A stretch of 64,000 nucleotides of DNA from Lachnospiraceae bacterium (GCA_016283755.1 JAEENO010000049.1:3342-67341), one strand, 5' to 3'; shown: positions 20,084 through 30,254, counted from the stretch's first letter. Notes: generated from the letters alone by a model not told the origin. Made by a program: numbers and translations.

Positions 20084-20608
20084 TTACACCTCCTTAAACT
20101 TGTTAAATACATCTTGTATCGCAGCCATCCTCGGGTCTACTACTGTCCTGTCGCAATCGCAGGTGCCCTCATTGAGATTCAAACCGCACTTGTTGCAAAT
20201 TCCCTTGCAATCATCCTTGCACAGAACCTTCATAGGCCAGTTAACTAATATCTCATCGTAGACAAGTTGGTCTGTATTAAGATTAAGTCCTTCTATATAC
20301 TCCGGTTCATCCATCTCATCAAAAATGAGTCTGGAGTTCTCAAGTCCGAATTCATTCTCGAGCTCAAGATTAATCGTTATATCACAATCCTTAAGGCATC
20401 TGTCGCAGGGAACCGTAAAATGAATCTCACCTTCGGTACTAATCCTGACGCTCTTGCCCGCATTATTGTGTATTAATATCTTAAAAGGACTCGCCTTGGT
20501 GGCATTAAAAGTGCCCATCATCGAGTCGAAAGTATAATCGCTTATATCAAGCTCATATTCCTTATCGATACCCGGATTACTCACTATTGCGAATAAATCT
20601 ATTATCAT
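20084..20608 (-). CDS. yceD: DUF177/YceD-family protein (large-subunit rRNA accumulation)
   Basis: 174-aa ORF with CDRCL...C..C(G)..CG.NLN...C.C cysteine motifs and conserved synteny with rpmF. Confidence 0.85.
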   Translation of the reverse strand: MIIDLFAIVSNPGIDKEYELDISDYTFDSMMGTFNATKASPFKILIHNNAGKSVRISTEGEIHFTVPCDRCLKDCDITINLELENEFGLENSRLIFDEMDEPEYIEGLNLNTDQLVYDEILVNWPMKVLCKDDCKGICNKCGLNLNEGTCDCDRTVVDPRMAAIQDVFNKFKEV

Positions 20609-20634
20609 CGCACACTCCTATCCACACTCAAACC

Positions 20635-20663
20635 ATTATACATATCGATGTTTCGTTTGTCAA
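20635..20663 (-). promoter_or_regulatory. sigma-A consensus promoter of yceD-rpmF
   Basis: On the minus strand: TTGACA (20658-20663), a 17-nt spacer, then TATAAT (20635-20640). Confidence 0.65.
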
Positions 20664-20685
20664 CATCAAAATGATATGTTACAAT
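20657..20685 (+). promoter_or_regulatory. putative sigma-A promoter of tmcAL
   Basis: On the plus strand: TTGTCA (20657-20662), a 17-nt spacer, then TACAAT (20680-20685). Confidence 0.55.
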
Positions 20686-20744
20686 AATTAAACATATTGG
20701 AATTAAAGTTTAGCATATTTTCTTCTGAAAGGAAAGGTTAACTT

Positions 20745-22016
20745 ATGATCACCGGGGTAATAGGCGAATTCAATCCGTTCCACAACGGACACAAATATAT
20801 CTTACAGGAAGCGAAAAAGCGCACCAAATGTGATTACATGATTGTTGCAATGAGCGGCGACTTCGTACAACGCGGTGCTCCCGCAATTATAGATAAGGCA
20901 GTAAGAGTTAAGGCCGCTTTAAATAATGGAGCCGATCTTGTCTTACAGATACCGGTTATATTCTCAACCGCAACCGCAGAGCTTTTTGCTTTGGGTGCCG
21001 TTGCTCTTCTTCACGAAGCAGGAGTCGATACTCTGGCATTTGGCTGTGAGACCGACGACGAGGACGCGCTTCGTATGCTTGCGGACTTCTTTGTTCACGA
21101 GACACCTGAATACTCCGTCAAGTTACGTGACCTTCTTAAAGAAGGCAAAAGCTACCCTGCTGCACGTGCAATTGCTGCGGCAAGCTGTATAGATGATGAA
21201 CGAGTATCCGATATCTTGGACGGTCCCAACAATATTCTTGCAATAGAATACATTAAGGCGATGATCAGACTTAATCTTAATATGCGTATCTGCCCTATTA
21301 AGCGTACTAAAGTAGGTCATCATGCACTTGTGGTAAAAGATAACTTTGCATCGGCCACAGCCCTTCGTAAAGCAATTTTAAGCACAGATTACCAGTCTGA
21401 CAGATTGGGCATAAAAACGCCGACCAAGATACTTTTCAAGGGAATTAAGGCCTATATTCCGAAGAATACGGTCAAAGATGTAATCAACGAATTATATGCT
21501 CATCAACCGATAAGCGAAGACAATATGACTCTACTTCTTAAGTATAAATTATTAAGTCTTCAGGCAAGAGGTGTCGGTGATTACTTGGAAGGCACAAGGG
21601 ATTTGAGCAACAGAATATATAAGAATCTCGATAATTACGATTCGATTTCCGAACTTTGTGCTGCTTTAAACACCAAGGAAATGACCTATGCAAGACTCTC
21701 AAGACTTATGATGCATATAATCTTGGGCATTAAGCAGGAGTCCATGGATTATCTTAAGGAGAATCCGATTCCATATATAAGAGTCTTAGGTTTCAGACGT
21801 GATTCATCAATTCTCCTCGGTATGCTCAAAGAGCATGCGCATACACAGATTGTAACCTCCGTAAAAGAGGCCGAGAAAATGCTTGATGAGAATAATCTAT
21901 CTATTCTGGAAGTCGATATCTACGCGAGAGAGCTTTTTAAAACGGTTGCGGAGCAGGGACACAGTAAAAGCACACCGCTTTATAACGACTATAATCAGCC
22001 GCTTATAATCATCTAA
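20745..22016 (+). CDS. tmcAL: tRNA(Met) cytidine acetate ligase (YlbM/UPF0348 nucleotidyltransferase)
   Basis: 423-aa ORF with the N-terminal HxGH-type motif GVIGEFNPFHNGHKYILQEAKK. Confidence 0.8.
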   Translation: MITGVIGEFNPFHNGHKYILQEAKKRTKCDYMIVAMSGDFVQRGAPAIIDKAVRVKAALNNGADLVLQIPVIFSTATAELFALGAVALLHEAGVDTLAFGCETDDEDALRMLADFFVHETPEYSVKLRDLLKEGKSYPAARAIAAASCIDDERVSDILDGPNNILAIEYIKAMIRLNLNMRICPIKRTKVGHHALVVKDNFASATALRKAILSTDYQSDRLGIKTPTKILFKGIKAYIPKNTVKDVINELYAHQPISEDNMTLLLKYKLLSLQARGVGDYLEGTRDLSNRIYKNLDNYDSISELCAALNTKEMTYARLSRLMMHIILGIKQESMDYLKENPIPYIRVLGFRRDSSILLGMLKEHAHTQIVTSVKEAEKMLDENNLSILEVDIYARELFKTVAEQGHSKSTPLYNDYNQPLIII

Positions 22017-22035
22017 GCTTTGAAAAATATATAAG

Positions 22036-22066
22036 AAAAAGGTGCAGAAACTCTGCACCTTTTTTA
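22036..22066. terminator. bidirectional intrinsic terminator
   Basis: An A-run, then GGTGCAGA-aac-TCTGCACC (22041-22059), then T5. It sits between convergent tmcAL and the AICAR transformylase gene. Confidence 0.75.
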
Positions 22067-22109
22067 TGTTAACATGTAGGTTTTTATCCCTTGGGCTTAG
22101 GATAACATA

Positions 22110-23285
22110 TTAATGATGGAAAAGACGAATTCCCGTAAATGCCATTGCGATATTATACTTATCACATGTATTAATTACGTCATCGTCTCTTACGGAACCA
22201 CCCGGCTCCGCTATATATTCTACGCCGCTTTTATGAGCGCGCTCAATATTATCTCCGAACGGGAAGAATGCGTCGGAACCAAGGGCTACTCCCTTAAGGC
22301 CCTTAAGCCATGCTTTCTTCTCTTCTCTTGTAAAAGCTTCCGGTTTAACCGCAAAGAAACGCTCCCACATATCGGTATTAAGAAGATCTTCGCTCTCATC
22401 ACCGATATATACGTCAATTGCATTATCTCTGTCCGGTCTTCCGATGCCTTCCTTAAACGGAAGATTAATAACCTTCGGTGACTGGCGTAAATACCAATTG
22501 TCTGCTTTCTGCCCGGCAAGACGTGTACAGTGAATTCTCGACTGCTGTCCCGCACCTATACCTATTGCCTGTCCATCCTTACAATAACATACCGAATTGG
22601 ACTGAGTGTACTTTAAAGTAATCATCGCAATCATAAGGTCGGTCTTCGCAGAATCAGGGATATTCTTATTGGCGGTAACGATATTATTAAACATATCTTT
22701 ATCGATATGAAGCTCGTTTCTTCCCTGCTCAAAAGTTACGCCATATACCATCTTATGCTCTATAGGTTCCGGCTTATAAGAAGAATCTATTTTAATTACA
22801 CAATAGTTACCCTTCTTCTTGGCCTTAAGCATCTCTAATGCCTCAGGTGTATATCCCGGTGCGATTACACCGTCAGATACTTCTCTTTTAATAAGTCTTG
22901 CTGTATCTAAGTCACATTCATCGGATAATGAAATAAAATCGCCGAATGAAGACATTCTGTCCGCACCGCGCGCTCTCGCATAAGCTGATGCTAGTGGTGA
23001 CAATTCCTTAAAGTCTTCTACCCAATAGATTTTCTTTTCGATATCACTTAACGGTAATCCGACAGCAGCTCCCGCAGGTGATACATGCTTGAATGATGTT
23101 GCCGCAGGAAGGCCTGTTGCCTCCTTAAGCTCTTTCACAAGCTGATATCCGTTAAATGCATCGAGAAGATTAATATATCCCGGTCTTCCGTTTAAAACCT
23201 CTATAGGAAGGTCGCCCTTTTCCATATAGACTCTCGCAGGATTCTGATTAGGATTGCATCCGTATTTAAGAGTTAATTCGTTCAT
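22110..23285 (-). CDS. purH: AICAR formyltransferase, stand-alone (PurH C-terminal-domain type, no MGS-like IMP cyclohydrolase domain)
   Basis: 391-aa ORF with a KYGCNPNQ N-terminus and AICARFT-like core. It is too short for a bifunctional PurH. Confidence 0.8.
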   Translation of the reverse strand: MNELTLKYGCNPNQNPARVYMEKGDLPIEVLNGRPGYINLLDAFNGYQLVKELKEATGLPAATSFKHVSPAGAAVGLPLSDIEKKIYWVEDFKELSPLASAYARARGADRMSSFGDFISLSDECDLDTARLIKREVSDGVIAPGYTPEALEMLKAKKKGNYCVIKIDSSYKPEPIEHKMVYGVTFEQGRNELHIDKDMFNNIVTANKNIPDSAKTDLMIAMITLKYTQSNSVCYCKDGQAIGIGAGQQSRIHCTRLAGQKADNWYLRQSPKVINLPFKEGIGRPDRDNAIDVYIGDESEDLLNTDMWERFFAVKPEAFTREEKKAWLKGLKGVALGSDAFFPFGDNIERAHKSGVEYIAEPGGSVRDDDVINTCDKYNIAMAFTGIRLFHH

Positions 23286-23294
23286 GGCGTCCCC

Positions 23295-24008
23295 CTACTT
23301 ATTCTTATTAACTATACGTGTATCGTACTTGCCTGTCTTAATATCAATAAAACGTACAAATAATGATACCTTGTTATCTTCGTTCAAAGAGTTCCAGATC
23401 ATATCGGTAAACTCATCGATATTACCGTCGATAATTACCTTCTCCGGCTCACCTTCAAAGCTCGGAAGCGGATTCTCGTCTCTCATATAGGTATGAATGA
23501 ATCTGCCTTCGCCTTCCTTCGGATTCTCATATGCAAAAGTGAATCTGTCTGTTTCTTCAGGATCGCCGCTGTTACTCTTTAATATTGACATGGCATAATT
23601 AAATTTGCCGTTATCAACATGCATAACACCGGATATACGTGGGGTGTAGTTAGGCTCGTCAGGCTCATACTTTCTGACTCTAAGCGACTGCTCAAAAGTA
23701 AGCTGCTTATCCATTCCGTCATAAATTGTATCTGTCTGGTCACCGTTGGTAACAATTGTCTTATTACCGAGTACTCTTACCGGCGAATAAATTATAAGAC
23801 TCGGATCGGTTAATTTACTTTCATCAAAAGCCTGAGTTCTTATTCCTTCACCGTCTTCAACAAATACACGATTGCGGCTGTTAACCGATCTTCCCATAAT
23901 AAAGTAAGCCGTTACCGCATATTTTCCGTCCTTTGACTTACCGATTACAATTCCTCTTCCGGGATAAGCATTTTCTTTAAGTATGCAATCCAATGCTGCT
24001 GCCTTCAT
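23295..24008 (-). CDS. IMP cyclohydrolase, PurO-like (archaeal type)
   Basis: About 237 aa. The N-terminus ENAYPGRGIVIGKSKDGKYAVTAYFIMGRSVNSRNRVF resembles the IMP_cyclohyd family. Start placed at the ATG at 24008, 6 nt after AGGAGG; the ORF-track start is a GTG. Confidence 0.7.
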   Translation of the reverse strand: MKAAALDCILKENAYPGRGIVIGKSKDGKYAVTAYFIMGRSVNSRNRVFVEDGEGIRTQAFDESKLTDPSLIIYSPVRVLGNKTIVTNGDQTDTIYDGMDKQLTFEQSLRVRKYEPDEPNYTPRISGVMHVDNGKFNYAMSILKSNSGDPEETDRFTFAYENPKEGEGRFIHTYMRDENPLPSFEGEPEKVIIDGNIDEFTDMIWNSLNEDNKVSLFVRFIDIKTGKYDTRIVNKNK

Positions 24009-24047
24009 ATACACCCTCCTGATATCCTATATCTTTTATCTTTCTAT

Positions 24048-26099
24048 TTACTCAACTTTGAAGCCCTTCATATGCTCTGACAAAGTATCTGCCGTATTGG
24101 CAATATTCTCTGCCTCTGATGCAACGTGCTCACTGTTATCGGATACATTGCCTGCAAGTGATGAAAGGTTCTCAGCCGTTGCAAGAATCTCCTGCGTATT
24201 GGCAGACTGAGTCTCCGTAATTGCCGCAACGGATGCTGCAACACGATCGATTTCCTCAACTTCTCTAACCATATCTTTAACAAGTGCGCTTGCTTCATCG
24301 ATACTTGCAAATATTTCATCGAATGAACCGCCTACTTCTTCAACAAGTTCTGCTGACTGTCTTATCGCATCAACCGACTTCTTTGTCTCTGAAATAGCAT
24401 TTTCAATTAAAGCATTGATTCCGTCTGTGATTGAAGAAATCTCTGCAACCGCTGTTGTTGATGTATCAGCTAAGTTTCTAACCTCACCCGCTACTACGGA
24501 GAAGCCCTTACCTGCTTCGCCTGCACGTGCAGCTTCGATTGCCGCATTAAGTGAAAGAAGGTTGGTCTGTGATGCAATGTTACCGATCATTTCAACGAAC
24601 TTGGTAATCTCACCGGTTGAATCACCAACCTTAGAAACCGCATCCGCAAGCTTAGCAACTTCATTCTCGATTTCATTCATGGAAGTCTTAATCTTCTCCA
24701 TTCCTTCCTTACCGAGAGCTGTTGTCTTAACCGTTGCTTCCATCTTTTCAGCTGCATCCTTACCATGCTTACCGGTCTCTGTTACATTATTGGATAATTC
24801 TACAGTATTATTGGCAACTTCCATAATGGAATCTGCAAGCTGCTGTACTGTTGTTCTTAACTCGCCCATTGAATCGGATGTCGAAGTAGCCGATGTGAAA
24901 AGTTCATTGGATACATTGGTACTTGAATCTGCCTGTGTTGCAAGCGTTCCGCTTATACCTGTAATTTCCTTGATGATTCCCTGCATTGTGCCGGTAAAGT
25001 CCTCAAGTTCCTTACCCATAAGAGCGATTTCGTCAGTACCTTTATGCTTAAACTTAATAGTAAAGTCACCTTCTGCCATCTTCTGAATGTTATCTGTTAT
25101 TCCGTAAAGTGGCTTAAGTGTCTTGGTTACGATAATACCTACCGCAATAATGATAATAAGTACAAATGCAAGCGCCAAACCGATACCGAATACCATCATA
25201 TCACGCGATGTGGATGTAATATCGGAATAAGGAACGATTGTGAGTACAACCCAGTTAACAATCGGAACTTTATTGGCTACAAGTACATACTTCTCACCGT
25301 CTATTGTTAACTCATGAGTTTCACCGTCGGCATTTGTAAATACTTCTTCGCCATCTGCAAAGATTCCGTTAACAGCCTTTGCATCATCGTATGTCATTCC
25401 CAGAAGTTCCTCATCCTTACACGCAAGGACCGTTCTGTCACCGGTAGCTGAAACAAGTACACAATAACCATTATCAAGTACCGTATACTGACTTACTTCC
25501 TCTGCAAGGTCATTAAGATATACATCGATTGCCATTACAAGATTGTTGGCGCCACCTGCTCTTACCTTACAGGAAGCACTTACGCACAAGTCTCCGGTCT
25601 GAGCATCTACATAAGGCGAACCGAATGCCATTTCATCATTATTAAGACCCTCTTTATACCAGTCTCTCTCATAACATACCCAATCATCATCAGGAACCCA
25701 GCCCGACTGATCGTAATATGTACCGTTCTTATCACCCATATACACGCCGTACGGGAACTTATCATCATAAGAAAGTGTTCCGTAGAGATAAAGGTTAATA
25801 AAAGCATCACCGTATGGTGTAACAAGTTCTACCGCACCATGCATAATCTTTGCTTCTGCCAAAACTTCCGTAATATCCGTCGTGATATTATCTGTACATT
25901 TGTCAGCCTGTGTCTCAAGAAGATCCATTGATCTTGATGTAATCGTATCCTGCGCCTTCATGATCATAAGCGTCGAAATTGCTAGCACTGCAATTACGAC
26001 AAAAGGAATAATTGTAAGAGTAAGCTTGGCTCTTAAACCAAATTTAACCTTACCTCTCGAAACCTTATTTTCTTTCAGTTTCTTTTCTTTTTTGCCCAT
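24048..26099 (-). CDS. methyl-accepting chemotaxis protein (Cache-like extracellular sensor, HAMP, MA domain)
   Basis: About 683 aa with two TM segments flanking a periplasmic-type domain and the conserved signalling hairpin [25 protein letters not shown]. The start is probably MGKKEKK, based on RBS spacing. Confidence 0.88.
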   Translation of the reverse strand: MGKKEKKLKENKVSRGKVKFGLRAKLTLTIIPFVVIAVLAISTLMIMKAQDTITSRSMDLLETQADKCTDNITTDITEVLAEAKIMHGAVELVTPYGDAFINLYLYGTLSYDDKFPYGVYMGDKNGTYYDQSGWVPDDDWVCYERDWYKEGLNNDEMAFGSPYVDAQTGDLCVSASCKVRAGGANNLVMAIDVYLNDLAEEVSQYTVLDNGYCVLVSATGDRTVLACKDEELLGMTYDDAKAVNGIFADGEEVFTNADGETHELTIDGEKYVLVANKVPIVNWVVLTIVPYSDITSTSRDMMVFGIGLALAFVLIIIIAVGIIVTKTLKPLYGITDNIQKMAEGDFTIKFKHKGTDEIALMGKELEDFTGTMQGIIKEITGISGTLATQADSSTNVSNELFTSATSTSDSMGELRTTVQQLADSIMEVANNTVELSNNVTETGKHGKDAAEKMEATVKTTALGKEGMEKIKTSMNEIENEVAKLADAVSKVGDSTGEITKFVEMIGNIASQTNLLSLNAAIEAARAGEAGKGFSVVAGEVRNLADTSTTAVAEISSITDGINALIENAISETKKSVDAIRQSAELVEEVGGSFDEIFASIDEASALVKDMVREVEEIDRVAASVAAITETQSANTQEILATAENLSSLAGNVSDNSEHVASEAENIANTADTLSEHMKGFKVE

Positions 26100-26156
26100 T
26101 TTAGTCATCCTTTCATGTTATAATATATTTTAAATCAAAGTAAAGGAGATACCGCA

Positions 26157-27362
26157 ATGAACAGCATTATATTTCATATTGATGTTAACAGTGCTTTTTT
26201 AAGCTTCGAAGCCGCAAGGCGTCTAAAGAATGACCCTGATGCTTTGGATCTTCGCACCGTTCCTGCTGTTATAGGCGGTGACAAGAATTCACGACACGGC
26301 ATCGTTCTTGCCAAGTCGATTCCTACCAAGCCGTATAAAATCACGACCGGTGAACCCATTGTCGCAGCCCTAAAAAAGTGCCCTTCTTTACTTCTTATAA
26401 AACCTGATTATCATTTATATGTTGAGTATTCTCATAACCTTATGGAATACCTTAAAACCTATGCTCCCGTTGTGGAACAGTTCTCCATTGACGAAGCTTT
26501 CCTTGATATGTCCGGAACCACAACTCTTTACGGTGACCCTGTACAATTCGCCCATAGATTAAAGGACGAAATCAGGGAAAAGTTTGGCTTTACTGTTAAT
26601 ATCGGCGTATCCGAGAATCATCTTCTTGCCAAAATGGCTTCCGACTTCGAGAAGCCCGATCGCGTGCATACGCTTTTTAAAGATGAGATCAAAACCAAAA
26701 TGTGGCCTCTTCCGATTGAGGACCTTTTCTTCGTAGGTAAAAGTCAGGCTCAAGCCTTCCGTTCGCTCGGTATCAATACCATAGGTGACCTTGCCAATGC
26801 AGATCCCGCGCTTATAACCGCTCATTTTAAGAAGAACGGTATGTCCGCATATCGCCATGCCAACGGTGAAGATATCAATCTTGACTTTGATCATAATGCC
26901 GAGAACAAAAGCTACTCAAACTCAACCACATTAAGCCATGACATCACATCACCCGACATCGCAAAGCAGGTGCTTTTATCTCTTACCGAGACAGTCGCCG
27001 CAAGACTTCGTCGCGACAATATGAAAATCTCCGTCGTATCCGTAACCATAAGGGATACTGACTTTAACGACCGTTCCAAACAGACGTCTCTATATTCCGC
27101 AACCTGTGTTACGGATGAAATCTATGAAACGGTATGCCTTCTTTTTGACAGCCTCTGGGATCATTCTCCTATAAGGCTTCTTGGCATTGCAGGTTCCAAA
27201 GCAATTGAAACCGACAATTACCAGATGAATCTCTTCAATGACGGCCGTCACGAGAAATTAAGCCGCTTGGATTCCGCTCTCGATAAAGTTCGTGAGAAAT
27301 ACGGCGATGACTCTGTTAAGCGTGCTGTCTTCTTAAAACCGGACTCTTCGAAAAAGCGCTGA
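26157..27362 (+). CDS. dinB: DNA polymerase IV (Y-family)
   Basis: 401-aa ORF with the motifs FHIDVNSAFLSFE and SIDEAFLD. AAGGAG lies 8 nt upstream of the ATG. Confidence 0.9.
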   Translation: MNSIIFHIDVNSAFLSFEAARRLKNDPDALDLRTVPAVIGGDKNSRHGIVLAKSIPTKPYKITTGEPIVAALKKCPSLLLIKPDYHLYVEYSHNLMEYLKTYAPVVEQFSIDEAFLDMSGTTTLYGDPVQFAHRLKDEIREKFGFTVNIGVSENHLLAKMASDFEKPDRVHTLFKDEIKTKMWPLPIEDLFFVGKSQAQAFRSLGINTIGDLANADPALITAHFKKNGMSAYRHANGEDINLDFDHNAENKSYSNSTTLSHDITSPDIAKQVLLSLTETVAARLRRDNMKISVVSVTIRDTDFNDRSKQTSLYSATCVTDEIYETVCLLFDSLWDHSPIRLLGIAGSKAIETDNYQMNLFNDGRHEKLSRLDSALDKVREKYGDDSVKRAVFLKPDSSKKR

Positions 27363-28160
27363 CTAGACGGTTACGACCTTCGATAATCCGTCACGTCCTG
27401 CGATTTCTATAGGGAAATCGCCTCCCGTATACTTGCAGTCCGCAACCGTAACTTCTGACTTTACGGTCTCATATGCAAGCTTCTCGTAATTATTCTCTTT
27501 TGATATATGTCCAAGGAGTACTTCTTTAAAGTTATCGTGAAGAAGCTTACTTAAAAGTCTTCCCGATGCTTCATTCGAAAGATGTCCTCTCTCTCCCAAA
27601 ATTCTTTGCTTAAGGTAATACGGATATGAACCCACCTCAAGCATTCTTATATCATGATTAGCTTCAAGCAAAAGCGCATCAAGGTTGGATAACGCCTCTA
27701 TCGTATACTCCGTATATACTCCAAGGTCCGTTGCAACCGCAACGCGGGCCTTCTTGTCATCCATTACGAAGCCACACGACTCGTTGGCATCGTGTGAGGT
27801 CTTAAAAGGTCTGACCTTGATGTCATTCATTTTAAACTCTTCGTCAATTCTTATTTCATTAAGCAACGAATAATCGAATTCACCCAGCTTGTCGCACTTT
27901 TTTATACCCTTAATGGTTCCTGCCGTGGCATATACCGGAATACCGTACTTACGTAAGAATACGCCCAAACCCCCGATATGGTCTATGTGCTCATGTGTTA
28001 TAAGTATTCCCGAAAGGTCTTGCGGTGATACCGTAAGTTCATTAAGTCCCGCAACAATCCTCTTCGTCGATATACCTGCATCAACAAGGATATGTGTATC
28101 ATCATTTCCTACATATATCGAATTGCCACTGCTGCCGCTGGCTATACTGCATAATCTCAT
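27363..28160 (-). CDS. MBL-fold metallo-hydrolase (YycJ-like)
   Basis: 265-aa ORF with the metal motif THEHIDHIGG. Confidence 0.8.
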   Translation of the reverse strand: MRLCSIASGSSGNSIYVGNDDTHILVDAGISTKRIVAGLNELTVSPQDLSGILITHEHIDHIGGLGVFLRKYGIPVYATAGTIKGIKKCDKLGEFDYSLLNEIRIDEEFKMNDIKVRPFKTSHDANESCGFVMDDKKARVAVATDLGVYTEYTIEALSNLDALLLEANHDIRMLEVGSYPYYLKQRILGERGHLSNEASGRLLSKLLHDNFKEVLLGHISKENNYEKLAYETVKSEVTVADCKYTGGDFPIEIAGRDGLSKVVTV

Positions 28161-28166
28161 TTCTTA

Positions 28167-30254
28167 TTACTCTTTCCAATATACTTCTGCGCGGTCTCCG
28201 TCATGAAGTGTCTCCGCATAACCTGCTTTTCTGCCGTTAAGCTCTGTAACAACCATGCGACCTCGCGCTTCATTCGTATTAAAATGAATCGCATCGAATA
28301 TATCCGCATACATATATTCACTTCTGCCGGAAAGAATTACCTCATCACCGTTAACGTAAATCTTGATGGTGCTTTCCGGATTCTTAACTTCCACCGGTTC
28401 TTCGCTCGCAAATGAAGGTAAGATATCTTCGTTTAATACCTCTCCGCTCTCTTCATCAACACGTTTTAACTCTTCGCTTAAAGGAGTTGAACCGTTATAT
28501 GTCGTCCAGTTAATTGCAAAATTCTCGTAGCAAAGCGCCTGCAACGATTCTTCCACGTTATTGACATAGATAGGCTCGGATGTATCTACTTCAACATCCA
28601 AGAACTTAATAAGCTGTTCTACCGTATAGTACGGTCTAAGCTCAATCCTGTCGCCTTCCTTAATCTCATAAGTAGGAGGTTCAAGAATACCGTTGACTTC
28701 AACAAACTTAGGACATATAACAGTCTTGCCGTTAACATAAAAAGCGATATCCTCAGAAGTATATTCCTTAATATCCGCAATCGTAAATACTGCGGTATCG
28801 CCTTCTGTAGAAGGAATTATCTCAATTTCGACATTTGCCTGGATAGGTGTGGATAAGCTTACTTCCTTACCGTTCATACGAACGATCGCAGCCTCTCCCG
28901 CATCACCTCTTGCAATACGCGGCTTATCGTTTACAAAGTAATTAATCTCGGTACCGCGTCTAGGGAAAAGCTTATCGGTCGGGAATCCTGCCGTAAGCGC
29001 AGCATCCATAACAGTAAGTTTGTTATTATCGTATAACTTAATTCTCTCACCGTTAAATCTTAAATATATAAAGTTATTCTTCTGATCGTAATAATTAAGG
29101 CATATACCTATAGGAGTTACAAGTAAAGGATCCTTCTGAATGCTCTCATCCGTATAATGAACTCTCTGCATTACTTCCTCACCACGAAGAGCAACTCGTT
29201 CCTTTGCAACCTTTAAGTGCTTAGATAACTGCTCGGTAAAGCCGTGAACCTTACCGCCACCACCTACAACAAAGCAGGCAGATACCGTCTTGCCACCGTT
29301 TAATTCTATAATCTTCTTGGCCACTTCCTTGGCAATCTTATCAACCGTATCCGAAAGTAATTTCCAGACTTCCTTGGAAGGAACGGTATGCTCCATAAGC
29401 ATAATATCCTTAAATGTAACCTGTTCCTCCGTAGTAGATGTAAGCTTAATATGCTCCGCTGTCTTAAAGTCTACAAGATAATGCTGAACGATTATCTCTG
29501 TAAGCTCATCACCGGCATGCGGAATCATGCCGTATGCAATTATACTTCCGTCTCTTGTAATAGAGATATCGGATGTACCTGCACCGACATCGACAAGTGC
29601 AATATTAAGAAGACGATATGTCTCAGGGATAGCCACTCCGATAGCCGCAATAGGCTCGAGTGTAAGATTGGCAACCTTAAGATCCGCAGCGCCAACCGCA
29701 GAATACAATCCGTCAACAACATCTTCAGGTAAGAATGTCGCAATTATATCTTCCGAAATCTTGGTTGCCTTATGTCCCACAAGATTGGAAAACTGATCGT
29801 CGTTATAGTAGTATCTTACAACCGAATAGCCGACACAATAGAATTTAAACTTTGTATCGTTTTCTTCGTTTAACTTTTTCTGAGCTTTTTCAACGCCAAG
29901 AAGATCCAGGTTATGAACATCTTCCTTCTCGATAACACGCTCTTCAGGGAATTCAAGGTCTACATGTACTTCTTCCGTCTTAAGAACACGACCTGCGGCA
30001 GCGATACATACTTCGTCAAGCTTAGCTCCCACCTGTGATTCAAGTTCTTCCTTAACGCGTCCTATTGTCTTACCTACACGCCCTATGTCATGAATCTGTC
30101 CGTCTATCATGGATCTGGTCTCATGCTCAAGATTACAATGGGCAACAACATAGAAATCATCTTCATCCTTATATCCGACCGTACCTACGACGTTACGTGT
30201 TCCGATATCCAGACCGAATACCAATTCATTACCCTGATAATCTACTGTTCCCAT
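28167..30254 (-). CDS. actin-fold (FtsA/PilM-like) ATPase with long C-terminal beta-grasp-like repeat region
   Basis: 695-aa ORF. The N-terminal ~390 aa carry the sugar-kinase/actin phosphate motifs FGLDIGTRNVVG, VDVGAGTSDI and VVGGGGK. The C-terminal ~300 aa contain repeated VNG...GD.hE modules. Confidence 0.7.
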   Translation of the reverse strand: MGTVDYQGNELVFGLDIGTRNVVGTVGYKDEDDFYVVAHCNLEHETRSMIDGQIHDIGRVGKTIGRVKEELESQVGAKLDEVCIAAAGRVLKTEEVHVDLEFPEERVIEKEDVHNLDLLGVEKAQKKLNEENDTKFKFYCVGYSVVRYYYNDDQFSNLVGHKATKISEDIIATFLPEDVVDGLYSAVGAADLKVANLTLEPIAAIGVAIPETYRLLNIALVDVGAGTSDISITRDGSIIAYGMIPHAGDELTEIIVQHYLVDFKTAEHIKLTSTTEEQVTFKDIMLMEHTVPSKEVWKLLSDTVDKIAKEVAKKIIELNGGKTVSACFVVGGGGKVHGFTEQLSKHLKVAKERVALRGEEVMQRVHYTDESIQKDPLLVTPIGICLNYYDQKNNFIYLRFNGERIKLYDNNKLTVMDAALTAGFPTDKLFPRRGTEINYFVNDKPRIARGDAGEAAIVRMNGKEVSLSTPIQANVEIEIIPSTEGDTAVFTIADIKEYTSEDIAFYVNGKTVICPKFVEVNGILEPPTYEIKEGDRIELRPYYTVEQLIKFLDVEVDTSEPIYVNNVEESLQALCYENFAINWTTYNGSTPLSEELKRVDEESGEVLNEDILPSFASEEPVEVKNPESTIKIYVNGDEVILSGRSEYMYADIFDAIHFNTNEARGRMVVTELNGRKAGYAETLHDGDRAEVYWKE

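Noticed and set aside
24415-25086. 223-aa ORF antisense to the chemoreceptor gene
   Set aside because: This is the shadow of the Ala/Ser/Thr/Glu-rich signalling domain. It has no start context and its composition is driven by the sense-strand codons.
26109-26156. LexA (Cheo box GAAC-N4-GTTC) operator in front of dinB
   Set aside because: No GAAC/GTTC dyad is present in the 48-nt gap or the adjacent sequence that I inspected.
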